Source: an uncultured Verrucomicrobiota bacterium
GTDB lineage: Bacteria; Verrucomicrobiota; Verrucomicrobiia; Limisphaerales; UBA9464
NCBI GenBank assembly: GCA_903939515.1
Contig: CAJAHH010000086.1
Span: forward strand, 9,112 to 73,111
DNA length: 64,000 nt
Reading direction: 5' to 3'
Below are positions 25,921 to 34,557 of the stretch, one piece after another; within the stretch, counting starts at the first letter, position 1; every line of letters starts with the position of its first letter. The notes beneath the pieces were generated by a model, which worked only from the letters and a program-made list of their open reading frames with translations, was not told the origin of the DNA and did no database searches. The position numbers and the translations under genes are program-made.

Positions 25921-27363
25921 CTAAATGGCCGTCTTAATTTTCGGCTTGCGACCCCGCTTGCGGCCTGGGGTCGGAATGTCCGAAACACTATCCTTCAGAC
26001 CCAACCGGGCCAGCTTGTTGTAAATGGTCTTCTCGGTGACATCCAAAATCCGAGCGGCTGCAGCCTTGTTGCCACGACACAGATCAAGAGTCTGCTGGAC
26101 GGCCAACTTCTCGACGGCCTCCATGGACATTCCTCCCACATAAGGCACCGCGAGACCACCCTGATGAATTTGCGTTGGGTCACTCTGATGGAGGAGGCGA
26201 GGCGGCAAATCCGCGACACGAATTTCACCGCCCACGGAACTCGAGTAGGCCCAATCCAGCACAGACTCCAACTCACGGATGTTACCGGGCCACGAATAAT
26301 TTCCGAGAATACCTGAAGCGGCATTGGAAATCTGGGGAATCCCCCCAGAACGGACCATCGAAAGGCGCTGGAGGAAAATTCCGGAGAGTAGAGGCAAATC
26401 GACGATACGCTCCCGAAGCGAGGGTATTTCAACCGTTAGTGCATTGAGCCGATAGAAGAGGTCCTCACGAAATTCATTGGCTTCCACTTTGGCCCGCAAA
26501 TCGGTACGACTGGTGGCAATCACGCGGACATTCACCGGCACCGAAGTGCCTGTGTCTCGACGGTGAATCCAACGGTTCTGCAGGAGTTCCAAAATCAATG
26601 CCTGCTGAGCCAGAGGTGTTTCCCCCACATCCAACAACATCAGGGTCCCGCCTTCGGCCATTTGGACTCGCCCGGTCCGGCGGGTTTCTTGAAAACTATC
26701 CGAACTAGACCCGGATGATTTACCAAACAACTCTTCCTCCAGAAGGCCTCCCGGTATCGAGGCACAATGGACCGGGATCAACGGACCGCGGGAACGAGCA
26801 CTGACGTGGTGCAGCATGCGGGCAAAGAGACGTTTGCCGCTGCCCTCGGGCCCTGTGATCAACACATCAGCCTGTGTAGCCCCAAGTGCTGAAGCTGTTT
26901 CGCGCAAGATACGGGCCGAGGACGATTGACCAATCCATTGAGTGTCGCGGAGCCCAGGGAACTGACTGACGGGCTGACTGAGGGACTGCCCGGTTCGCAC
27001 CGCAGCAGAAACAGTGGCCACGAATGCACCCACATCCAGAGGCTTTGTCACGTAGTCAAAAGCGCCGGACCGAATCGCCGTCAACCCATCGGTAGCATCG
27101 CCGCGCCCCGCCATGGCTATGACCGGAACTTGCGAGAGATGTTCACGAAAGTGCTTTAGTACGGACAGACCACTGGTGCCGGGAATCATCAGATCGACCA
27201 CCGCGCAAACTGGCGGATTTTGACTCTGGGCGATCGCAGCCTCACCGGTCTCAGCAAACTCCGCCTCGAAGTCGGCTTTTTTGAGATGATAGGCTACAAT
27301 CCTCTGGATGGAATCATCCGCCTCGACCAACAAGACCCGATTATTACCCTTCGCAATACTCAC
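25921..27363 (-). CDS. NtrC-family response regulator (receiver + AAA+ + Fis HTH) lacking the GAFTGA sigma-54 contact loop
   Basis: The receiver is intact (VLLVEADD, AVVDLMIPG, YVTKP). The AAA+ domain has GPEGSGKRLFARMLH, GGTLMLLDVGE and FREDLFYRLN. The HTH is AAAARILDVTEKTIYNKL. Between ELFG and the Walker B motif the sequence reads KSSGSSSDSFQETRRTGRV instead of HEKGAFTGA. The start is GTG. Confidence 0.85.
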   Translation of the reverse strand: MSIAKGNNRVLLVEADDSIQRIVAYHLKKADFEAEFAETGEAAIAQSQNPPVCAVVDLMIPGTSGLSVLKHFREHLSQVPVIAMAGRGDATDGLTAIRSGAFDYVTKPLDVGAFVATVSAAVRTGQSLSQPVSQFPGLRDTQWIGQSSSARILRETASALGATQADVLITGPEGSGKRLFARMLHHVSARSRGPLIPVHCASIPGGLLEEELFGKSSGSSSDSFQETRRTGRVQMAEGGTLMLLDVGETPLAQQALILELLQNRWIHRRDTGTSVPVNVRVIATSRTDLRAKVEANEFREDLFYRLNALTVEIPSLRERIVDLPLLSGIFLQRLSMVRSGGIPQISNAASGILGNYSWPGNIRELESVLDWAYSSSVGGEIRVADLPPRLLHQSDPTQIHQGGLAVPYVGGMSMEAVEKLAVQQTLDLCRGNKAAAARILDVTEKTIYNKLARLGLKDSVSDIPTPGRKRGRKPKIKTAI

Positions 27364-27720
27364 GTTTCCAATTGGCCTCCTGCGTGGTTAATGGTCAACC
27401 GAAAAAAACCCATCACCACACTATTTTATTATTTTAATAATCATTTCAGAATAATAGCCATCTTTCCCACCAACTATCTCCTGTTTGGCAAAGAATTCAG
27501 GGCTTAGGTGTTCCGGTCTGATCGATTCTAGACAGACTCTATGACCACCTTCAGAGACCACCAAGCGGATGTAGAAAACTACGCCGTCGGCTTGCTCTCC
27601 GATGGCCATCCGAAGAGCGCAAAAAACACGGGCTATCCCTTCGACGGATCTTAGTGTTTCAGGCTGTGGCTCCTCATGAGGCGGATTGACGATCCCGGTC
27701 CTCCGCCTAACGTCGGTGCA

Positions 27721-28962
27721 ATGACGCGTTCCAGTTTCTATGGGCTTGCAGTGCTCACAGCCATCTACTCCTCACCTGTGTCCGCCGCCGATTGGCCCCG
27801 CTTCCGCGGCACCGAGGGAACCGGCCTCTCCGCAGAGAGTGGGTGGCTGGGCAATTGGCCAGGAGGTCAGCCCCGCCCTCTGTGGAAAGCCTCTGTCGGA
27901 GCTGGATTCTCATCCATGAGCCTCGTCGAAGGCAGACTCTTCACCTTGGGACACAATGGCCTGAAAGACGGTGGCATCGACAGTGTCGTAGCGCTGGAAG
28001 CCAGCAGCGGCAAAGAGCTTTGGCGCCACAGCTATCCTGAGAAACTCGCGGATCACTATTACGAGGGGGGCACTTCCGGAACGCCCACCGTCGATAGCGG
28101 CCGGGTCTACACGCTTTCAAAAGCAGGCACGGCTCTCTGCCTCGAGGCGTCGTCAGGCAACGTTATCTGGTCCCGGAATCTCGTATCGGAACTCGGCTTG
28201 AAGATCCCCGAGTGGGGATTTGCTGGGGCACCGCACATCACCGGAGATCGGGTCGTGTACAATGCCGGCGATGCCGGATTGGCCCTGGATAAGGCAACCG
28301 GCAAGGAGGCTTGGACAAGCGGCAAGGGCTCGGCAGGTTATGGGACTCCAGTTCCCTTTTCTTTGGAGGGGAAGCCGGCTTTGGCCGTTTTTGGCCTTCG
28401 CCATGTGATCGTGGTGGATCCGGTGAGCGGTCATGAATTCTGGCGTCACCCTTGGAAAACTCGCTACGACGTCAACGCCGCAGACCCGGTGGTGATCGGC
28501 GACACCATGATCCTCACCTCTGGCTATGGAACCGGAGCCTGCGGCCTCCGATTCACCGGATCTGGAGCCAAGGAACTCTGGAAGAATCAGGCCCTGCGAT
28601 CGCACATGCAGGCACCCATCGGAATCCGAGGCCACATCTATGGTATTGATGGCGATGGCGGAGATGCCAATGCGCGACTCAAGTGCCTCGAGGCCTCGAC
28701 CGGCAAGGTTGTCTGGGAATCCCCGAAGGCTGAAACAGGCGTGCTGACCGCCGCCGACGACAAGCTGATCTGGGTCACGGGCAAAGGCGAATTGATCATC
28801 GTTAAGGCCGATCCCACGGGATACCACGAGATCGTCCGTGCCCAGGTTGCACGAGGCAAAGTCTGGTCGACACCCGTGCTGCTCAACGGACGCTTGTACA
28901 TCCGAAACTGGAAAGGCGAGCTCCTCTGCCTCGATGTGAAGGGCACCGGGGGAGTCTCCTAG
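27721..28962 (+). CDS. Exported PQQ-like (BamB-type) beta-propeller repeat protein
   Basis: The signal peptide is MTRSSFYGLAVLTAIYSSPVSA, followed by ADWPRFRG. Repeats of the type G-LYALDA-TGK-W recur (VVALEASSGKELWRH, LCLEASSGNVIWSR, LALDKATGKEAWTS, LKCLEASTGKVVWES). Confidence 0.8.
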   Translation: MTRSSFYGLAVLTAIYSSPVSAADWPRFRGTEGTGLSAESGWLGNWPGGQPRPLWKASVGAGFSSMSLVEGRLFTLGHNGLKDGGIDSVVALEASSGKELWRHSYPEKLADHYYEGGTSGTPTVDSGRVYTLSKAGTALCLEASSGNVIWSRNLVSELGLKIPEWGFAGAPHITGDRVVYNAGDAGLALDKATGKEAWTSGKGSAGYGTPVPFSLEGKPALAVFGLRHVIVVDPVSGHEFWRHPWKTRYDVNAADPVVIGDTMILTSGYGTGACGLRFTGSGAKELWKNQALRSHMQAPIGIRGHIYGIDGDGGDANARLKCLEASTGKVVWESPKAETGVLTAADDKLIWVTGKGELIIVKADPTGYHEIVRAQVARGKVWSTPVLLNGRLYIRNWKGELLCLDVKGTGGVS

Positions 28963-28965
28963 TCA

Positions 28966-30003
28966 ATGGCTAGCCCTCCCCTGGTTTCCAAATTGGATTT
29001 CCAATACCGGAATGGGGGACTTCATTTTCCCCAACTGGGACTTTGGATGGATCCCCATCATCCGGTCCGGACGGGCGAGTGGGTTGTGGTTAGCCATGCC
29101 CACTCAGACCACACAGCGCGCCATTCCGCGGTCATCCTCACCGAGCCCACGCGCCGGCTGATGCGATCACGAATTTCCGGAACCCGAGCGGAGCGGGTGC
29201 TCGAATTCAACGAGTGTCTCCATCATTCCGATCTGGAGTCATCGAAGGCCCAGACGCCGTTCCGCCTCAGCTTGCATCCGGCCGGGCATGTCTTGGGCAG
29301 TGCCATGGCCCGACTGGAGGTCGATGGGGATTCCCTGCTCTACACCGGGGATTTTAAACTCCGGGAGGGCCGGAGCTCCGAACGCTGCGAGCCGGTGCAT
29401 GCTCGCACCTTGGTCATGGAAACCACCTATGGACGACCCCGGTACATCTTCCCGCCGACGGAGGAGGTGCTGGCTTCCATGCTCCAATTCTGCTGGACCT
29501 CGCTCGATGCCGGAATCACCCCGGTGCTGGTGGCTTACTCTCTGGGCAAGGCACAAGAGATCCTAGCCTCCCTTCTCAAAGCCAACCTACCCATCCAACT
29601 GCACGCCAGCTCAGCCAAACTGACAGAAATCTATGCAGACCTAGGATACCAGTTCCCCCGCTGGACGCTGCTGAATCCTGAGACTGCCCGTGGCCACGTG
29701 ATCATCACGCCGACTGTTCGACCGCTGCTCTCAGCCCAACCCGGTATTGGGCCGCTCCGAATCGCATCGCTCAGTGGTTGGGCATTGGACCGCCGTTGGC
29801 CGACGACGGACGAAAACCAACCAAGGTTCGCCCTCAGCGATCATGCCGACTTCCCAGACCTCGTGAAATTTGTCAAAGAAGTACGACCCCAGCGGGTATT
29901 TACGCTCCACGGCTTCGCTGCCGATTTCGCCCGACACTTACGTCGCCAAGGGATGGAAGCCTACGCGCTCAGCGAAGACGACCAACTAGAACTCTCTCTC
30001 TAA
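28966..30003 (+). CDS. Beta-CASP/MBL-fold nuclease resembling the ligase-associated DNA-damage-response exonuclease
   Basis: VVSHAHSDHTARH (HxHxDH), LHPAGHVLGSAM, YTGDFK, METTYGRP, and the C-terminal ALSDHADFPDLVKFVKEVRPQRVFTLHG. Confidence 0.65.
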   Translation: MASPPLVSKLDFQYRNGGLHFPQLGLWMDPHHPVRTGEWVVVSHAHSDHTARHSAVILTEPTRRLMRSRISGTRAERVLEFNECLHHSDLESSKAQTPFRLSLHPAGHVLGSAMARLEVDGDSLLYTGDFKLREGRSSERCEPVHARTLVMETTYGRPRYIFPPTEEVLASMLQFCWTSLDAGITPVLVAYSLGKAQEILASLLKANLPIQLHASSAKLTEIYADLGYQFPRWTLLNPETARGHVIITPTVRPLLSAQPGIGPLRIASLSGWALDRRWPTTDENQPRFALSDHADFPDLVKFVKEVRPQRVFTLHGFAADFARHLRRQGMEAYALSEDDQLELSL

Positions 30004-30102
30004 TCGTCCCCGGGATGGATCGCCCATTCGCTTTAGAGACGGAGGTTCCGATTCAGAGATCCAGCATCGAACGATATCTCCGTGCCCAACCCGAGTACGG
30101 GA

Positions 30103-30498
30103 TCAGTTGCCTACGGCACCCGACTTCACCTGAAGTTCATACTCCGGCGACATGGTGCTGTTGATTTTGTTGTCCAGTACCCCGGGATAGGTGAACTGGA
30201 ATTTATACCGGTACCGCAGAACGGAACGATCTGTCGGCAGCGGCAGCAAGGCCTCAAAGCGGTTCTCCGTGTTAGGAACCGGCTGCATGGGATACAAGTT
30301 TAACCCCATCATGACCCACGCCTTCACGTTCTCGGGTTGCACCCCACGACGATGCGTTCGAAATGTGGTTTCGAACAAGTAGTTGGCCTCGGGTGACGGG
30401 GCGGCCGAGCGCGAGGTCAGATTGGTGTTTTGGGAACTGGCGCAACCCAGACCCAGCGCAGCCAGAAGGCCCCAAACAACAGGCGATGCAAACTTCAT
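30103..30498 (-). CDS. Hypothetical lipoprotein
   Basis: From the ATG at 30498 the sequence reads MKFASPVVWGLLAALGLGC-ASSQ, a lipobox-like LGLGC. I recognised no family. Confidence 0.55.
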   Translation of the reverse strand: MKFASPVVWGLLAALGLGCASSQNTNLTSRSAAPSPEANYLFETTFRTHRRGVQPENVKAWVMMGLNLYPMQPVPNTENRFEALLPLPTDRSVLRYRYKFQFTYPGVLDNKINSTMSPEYELQVKSGAVGN

Positions 30499-30650
30499 CG
30501 GTGCGGTAAATGGCACACCATCGCGAGCATTGGCAAGGGATGAGTCAAGGAGTCGGTCAGAAGCACCCCTGGTTTCAATGGGTTTTACTCTCGCAGAGCA
30601 CGCTCTCCGAGGGGCGGCTTTTAAAAAAACACATCTGAGAATTCGAGGAT

Positions 30651-31316
30651 TTACCGCGGCTCTTGTCGGCCCAATTCCTCAGCCAAAAGGCCCACCTTAC
30701 GATCCATTCCCCAACGGTAGCCGCTCAATTCTCCGGATTCTCGAATGACACGGTGGCACGGAATCAGAAGAGCCACCCGATTGGCTCCGCAGGCGGCTCC
30801 CACCGCCCGAGCTGCTCCCGGAGCACCGATGGCCATGGCCAATCGCCCGTAAGAAGTCAGTGAGCCACGGGGAACCTCAAGGAGCGCCCGCCAAACCGCG
30901 AGCTGGAAGGGAGTTCCACTCACCGACACTGAAACCCTCCTGACCGGATTTTTTATACCCTCGGCCCAATGGCCCACCCAATGGTCCACCCATTCTTGGG
31001 CACCCGCGTCGTTGCTGGGTATTCGGTGATCTAGCCACGGTCCACGGCGAGGATCCGACAAAGGCTCTTCAAATTCCCACTGAAACACCGAACCCCGACT
31101 CCAGACCAAACAACTCATTCCCCAAGGGGTCAGAGCCCGACCGCGACAACAGTCTTGAGGCAGGACCTCAGGGAGCCCTGTGAGCCCTTCCACTGCATCG
31201 GAACCCGAATCGCAGTCCGAAATCGTCGGGATCACCAACCGTTGCCTCAGTCTTTGGGTCTCCCACCCCGGCAAACAGGGGGAACTACCTCCCACCCCGT
31301 CCCGTCTTGGGATCAT
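30651..31316 (-). CDS. ogt: Methylated-DNA-protein-cysteine methyltransferase
   Basis: TPFQLAVWRALLEVPRGSLTSYGRLA, then the LIPCHRVI active site and SGYRWG. The ATG at 31316 overlaps the upstream stop (ATGA). Confidence 0.88.
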   Translation of the reverse strand: MIPRRDGVGGSSPCLPGWETQRLRQRLVIPTISDCDSGSDAVEGLTGLPEVLPQDCCRGRALTPWGMSCLVWSRGSVFQWEFEEPLSDPRRGPWLDHRIPSNDAGAQEWVDHWVGHWAEGIKNPVRRVSVSVSGTPFQLAVWRALLEVPRGSLTSYGRLAMAIGAPGAARAVGAACGANRVALLIPCHRVIRESGELSGYRWGMDRKVGLLAEELGRQEPR

Positions 31317-31588
31317 TGAGCGGACTTCGGGGCCTTCGCCTTCGGTAATTTCTTCAGGTAGGTGGCCGAGTCCTTCTTAAAATCTTTCAGACAGCTCTTG
31401 CAGCAGAGTTTGATGGTCTGACCTTCATGGATAAACTCGTAGGCTTCCATACCGGATCCTTCAAACTTCTCGTCGGTCACCAAGCACTTGTCTAACGGGT
31501 AGGCCTTGGCTTTGGGTTTGTCTTCAGCGCGAAGGCTAACCATGGAGCAGGCGGCGATAATCAGGGCAAGAATAGCAGTGGTTTTCAT
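31313..31588 (-). CDS. Small exported Cys-motif protein (YHS/TRASH-like C...CCxxC pattern)
   Basis: From the ATG at 31588: MKTTAILALIIAACSMVSLRA, then YPLDKCLVTDEKF...GQTIKLCCKSCLKDFKKDSATYLKKL. The longer track ORF adds an implausible N-terminus. Confidence 0.6.
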   Translation of the reverse strand: MKTTAILALIIAACSMVSLRAEDKPKAKAYPLDKCLVTDEKFEGSGMEAYEFIHEGQTIKLCCKSCLKDFKKDSATYLKKLPKAKAPKSAQ

Positions 31589-31761
31589 GTTTTCTGTGCA
31601 GCACTTGAATAAATGCTGGGAATAGCTTCGACCGGAAGCGCCTTGTAGGCAAGCCGCCAAGGGTGCTGCCCTTGGATCGTCATAACGACCCAACTCCCCC
31701 GTCTGCCACCTGTGGTCTTGGACGCCGAGGATTTCGAGGTTAGTATCAGGATCCGCAGTCG

Positions 31762-32628
31762 ATGTGCATCGTTCCGCCATCCTACTTCCGGTGCGCCTCT
31801 GTTCCTCAGGGAAAGAGGTTCCACGCCTTCACCCTCATCGAACTGCTGGTGGTCATCGGCATTATTGCCCTCTTGGCGGCCATGCTGCTGCCGGCGCTGG
31901 GCAAGGCCCGCTATCGCGCTTCACAGGTCAACGAAATGTCCGGGTCGCGTCAGTTGCTCATTGCTTGGAGACTCTACGCCGAAGACAACTCCGACTCAGT
32001 CCTTCCCGGCTACCGCTATGGTCTGAACGCGACCGACTTTCAGGGACACCCGGTCAATCATCCCATCAACGCTCGATACCCGTGGCGGATCGCCCCCTAT
32101 CTGGGGAAAAGTTTTGACGTAATGTACCTGAATGAAAACAGGCGCACGTTAGAAACCTTCCGCCGCATGGAGGACCCGGACCTCGGAGTCTACGCCGCTT
32201 CGGTGTTTCCCTCTCAGGGTATTAATTCCGTCTTCGTCGGCGGTGATGACGTCGAACTGCCGCCCACAGAACGAGCCTTTGAACGGTTCGGGCGATTTTG
32301 TGTTCTCAAGACCGCCGAGGTAACCCGGCCCTCAGAGCTCTTGGTTTTCACCTCCGCCCGCGGTCCCTTCGAAGGCCGGATCGTGCCTGGCTATTACGTC
32401 GTGAAACCGCCCTACCTCAATGCGCGCCGCTGGGCCGTCGATTGGAATTCGGACGACGGGCCCGAGGCCTGGGGCTACGTGCACCCGCGCTACAACTTAA
32501 AATCGGTGACTGGGATGGTGGACGGACATGTTGAAAACCTAGATCGCCGCCGTATTCAGGACATGCGCCATTGGGCCAATCCGGCAGACCGAGCCGATTG
32601 GACCCTTCGTGCGCTCCAAGGCCCGTGA
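31762..32628 (+). CDS. Prepilin-type N-terminal methylation-domain protein (type II secretion pseudopilin-like, H-X9-DG-type C-terminus)
   Basis: FTLIELLVVIGIIALLAAMLLPAL at the N-terminus and HPRYNLKSVTGMVDGHVE near the C-terminus. Confidence 0.8.
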   Translation: MCIVPPSYFRCASVPQGKRFHAFTLIELLVVIGIIALLAAMLLPALGKARYRASQVNEMSGSRQLLIAWRLYAEDNSDSVLPGYRYGLNATDFQGHPVNHPINARYPWRIAPYLGKSFDVMYLNENRRTLETFRRMEDPDLGVYAASVFPSQGINSVFVGGDDVELPPTERAFERFGRFCVLKTAEVTRPSELLVFTSARGPFEGRIVPGYYVVKPPYLNARRWAVDWNSDDGPEAWGYVHPRYNLKSVTGMVDGHVENLDRRRIQDMRHWANPADRADWTLRALQGP

Positions 32629-32733
32629 TCCCAAGCCCCCAAGCCTTCCCAGTGCCCAATCCATCGCACGCACGACTCCGATGATCTTCGGGCGTGATTC
32701 AAGCACCCCAACCCCGATACCTTTTCTCAATCG

Positions 32734-33540
32734 ATGAGTATTCTCGACACCATTGTCGCGCAGAAGCGTGTAGAGGTTGCCTTGCTGGCTCCGGGACCGG
32801 TGGCTGCCTCGCAGCTTCGACAGGCCATCCAGCAGCGTGGCTCGGGGATCCGGGACTTCACGGCAGCTCTGGCCACTCCACGTCAGGGAGACATCGCTTT
32901 GATCGCAGAGGTTAAAAAGGCCTCGCCGAGCCTGGGAGTGATTTGCCCGAATTTTGATCCGGTTCGGATCGCTAAAGAATATGAGGCAGCTGGAGCAAGC
33001 TGCCTGTCAGTACTCACCGACGAGCAGTTCTTCCAAGGATCGCTCGAGTATCTCAAGGCCATCCGAGCTGCTGTCCAACTGCCGCTGCTTCGCAAGGACT
33101 TCATTATCGATGAGCGGCAAATTCTCGAGGCCATTGAATGGGGAGCCGATGCGATCCTGCTCATTGTTTCCATCCTCTCGGATGATCAGTTGTCGCACTT
33201 CCACAGTCTGGCCGATGCAGCAGGACTGACAGCCCTGGTTGAAGTTCATGACGAGACAGAACTCGAGCGGGCGCTGCGCTGCGGAGCCCGACTCGTAGGG
33301 GTCAACAATCGGGATCTCAAGACCTTCCAAGTGAATCTCGCGACCACCGAAACTCTGGCCAAGAAACTCTTCGCCGCCTCCGACTCCACTCGACGTCTTC
33401 TCGTGGGAGAAAGTGGGATTCACCAACGGGCGGATGTTGAGCGCCTCCGGAATGCCGGTTGCCATGCCATCCTCGTCGGGGAGTCGCTCATGAAGAGCGG
33501 CGACATTTCGGCAAAAGTCGCCGAACTCATCGGCGCCTGA
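32734..33540 (+). CDS. trpC: Indole-3-glycerol-phosphate synthase
   Basis: MSILDTIVAQKRVEV, IAEVKKASPSLGVI, LSVLTDEQFFQGS, LLRKDFIIDE and VGVNNRDLKTF. Confidence 0.92.
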   Translation: MSILDTIVAQKRVEVALLAPGPVAASQLRQAIQQRGSGIRDFTAALATPRQGDIALIAEVKKASPSLGVICPNFDPVRIAKEYEAAGASCLSVLTDEQFFQGSLEYLKAIRAAVQLPLLRKDFIIDERQILEAIEWGADAILLIVSILSDDQLSHFHSLADAAGLTALVEVHDETELERALRCGARLVGVNNRDLKTFQVNLATTETLAKKLFAASDSTRRLLVGESGIHQRADVERLRNAGCHAILVGESLMKSGDISAKVAELIGA

Positions 33541-33579
33541 ACGCCTCAGTCAACCCTTTCAGAGATGGCCGGAAGGCCC

Positions 33580-34485
33580 TCAACGCAGAAAGGCTCCAAC
33601 TCCCTCCGCAAAGGGAACCGATGGAATCTGGAAATCGCGCTCAGCCGCCTCGGGGTTCCCGATGTTGTCCTCCTCCAGCATAAGAATCTGATCCCGACTC
33701 AAGGGAGCCGGACGCCGCAGGACCCGCGGAAAGACCCATTCCAAGACTGCAGTCGGGTACCAAGCCAGCGCCCGAGGTATTCTCCCAATAATACGGCGGC
33801 GGCGGGTGATCTGCAAAAGGGTCTGCAAAATCTGGGGCAAATTAAGACGATCGAAACCACAAAGGTCGTAGGTCTGGTGGACGGCGGCTTTTGAATCGAG
33901 CGCACGCGCAAACGCCCGGGCCACGCAATCGACCGACACCGGTTGCAACAAAGACGTTCCCCGACCGATCACCGGCAACACCGGCGACCAACGACTCATC
34001 CCGGCGAATAAGTTCACGAATCCATCACCGGGCCCGTAGATCAACGACGGCCTAAATACCGTCCAGTCCAAACCAGAACTCCTCACAGCCTCCTCGGCAG
34101 CCCACTTGGTTTGGTGGTACCGAGAAGCAGCCTCAGGCCGGGTCCCCAAAGCGCTCATGTGGACTATGCGTCGCACCCCAGAATTCAGTGCTGCTTCAAG
34201 AACCCGGCGCGTTCCCTCCCAGTGGACCCGCTCAAAGGTCTGGTCACCGATCTCACCGATAATGCCAACGAGGTGAATGACGGCATCACACCCCTGCATG
34301 CCCTGGCGGAGATCGTTCGGACACAGCACCGAACCCCTCACCCACTCCATTCCGTTATTCTGAGCCGCCAAAGGCTGTGAGCGGCTTCCGCGAGCCATGC
34401 GCCGCACCGAATGCCCCTCGCGAACCACCGCCTCGCAAACGGCACGTCCAACAAATCCGGTCGCACCCGTAATCAACACCCTCAT
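33580..34485 (-). CDS. NAD(P)-binding SDR-family protein (NDUFA9/epimerase-like)
   Basis: MRVLITGATGFVGRAV Rossmann motif, with family-typical length and layout. Confidence 0.8.
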   Translation of the reverse strand: MRVLITGATGFVGRAVCEAVVREGHSVRRMARGSRSQPLAAQNNGMEWVRGSVLCPNDLRQGMQGCDAVIHLVGIIGEIGDQTFERVHWEGTRRVLEAALNSGVRRIVHMSALGTRPEAASRYHQTKWAAEEAVRSSGLDWTVFRPSLIYGPGDGFVNLFAGMSRWSPVLPVIGRGTSLLQPVSVDCVARAFARALDSKAAVHQTYDLCGFDRLNLPQILQTLLQITRRRRIIGRIPRALAWYPTAVLEWVFPRVLRRPAPLSRDQILMLEEDNIGNPEAAERDFQIPSVPFAEGVGAFLR

Positions 34486-34557
34486 GTGTCTCTAGACTTA
34501 CCCGCAGTTGCCGTGGCGTCCAATCGGGACCCCAGCTTTCCGGTGTTCACGATGCAA

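Noticed and set aside
27486-27500. TGGCAAAGAATTCAG, a sigma-54-like -24 element upstream of the propeller gene
   Set aside because: The -12 position reads TCAG with no GC dinucleotide at the required spacing.
30511-30525. TGGCACACCATCGCG, a sigma-54-like element
   Set aside because: GG-to-GC spacing is 9 nt instead of 10. It also points on the plus strand into a region with no downstream plus-strand gene.
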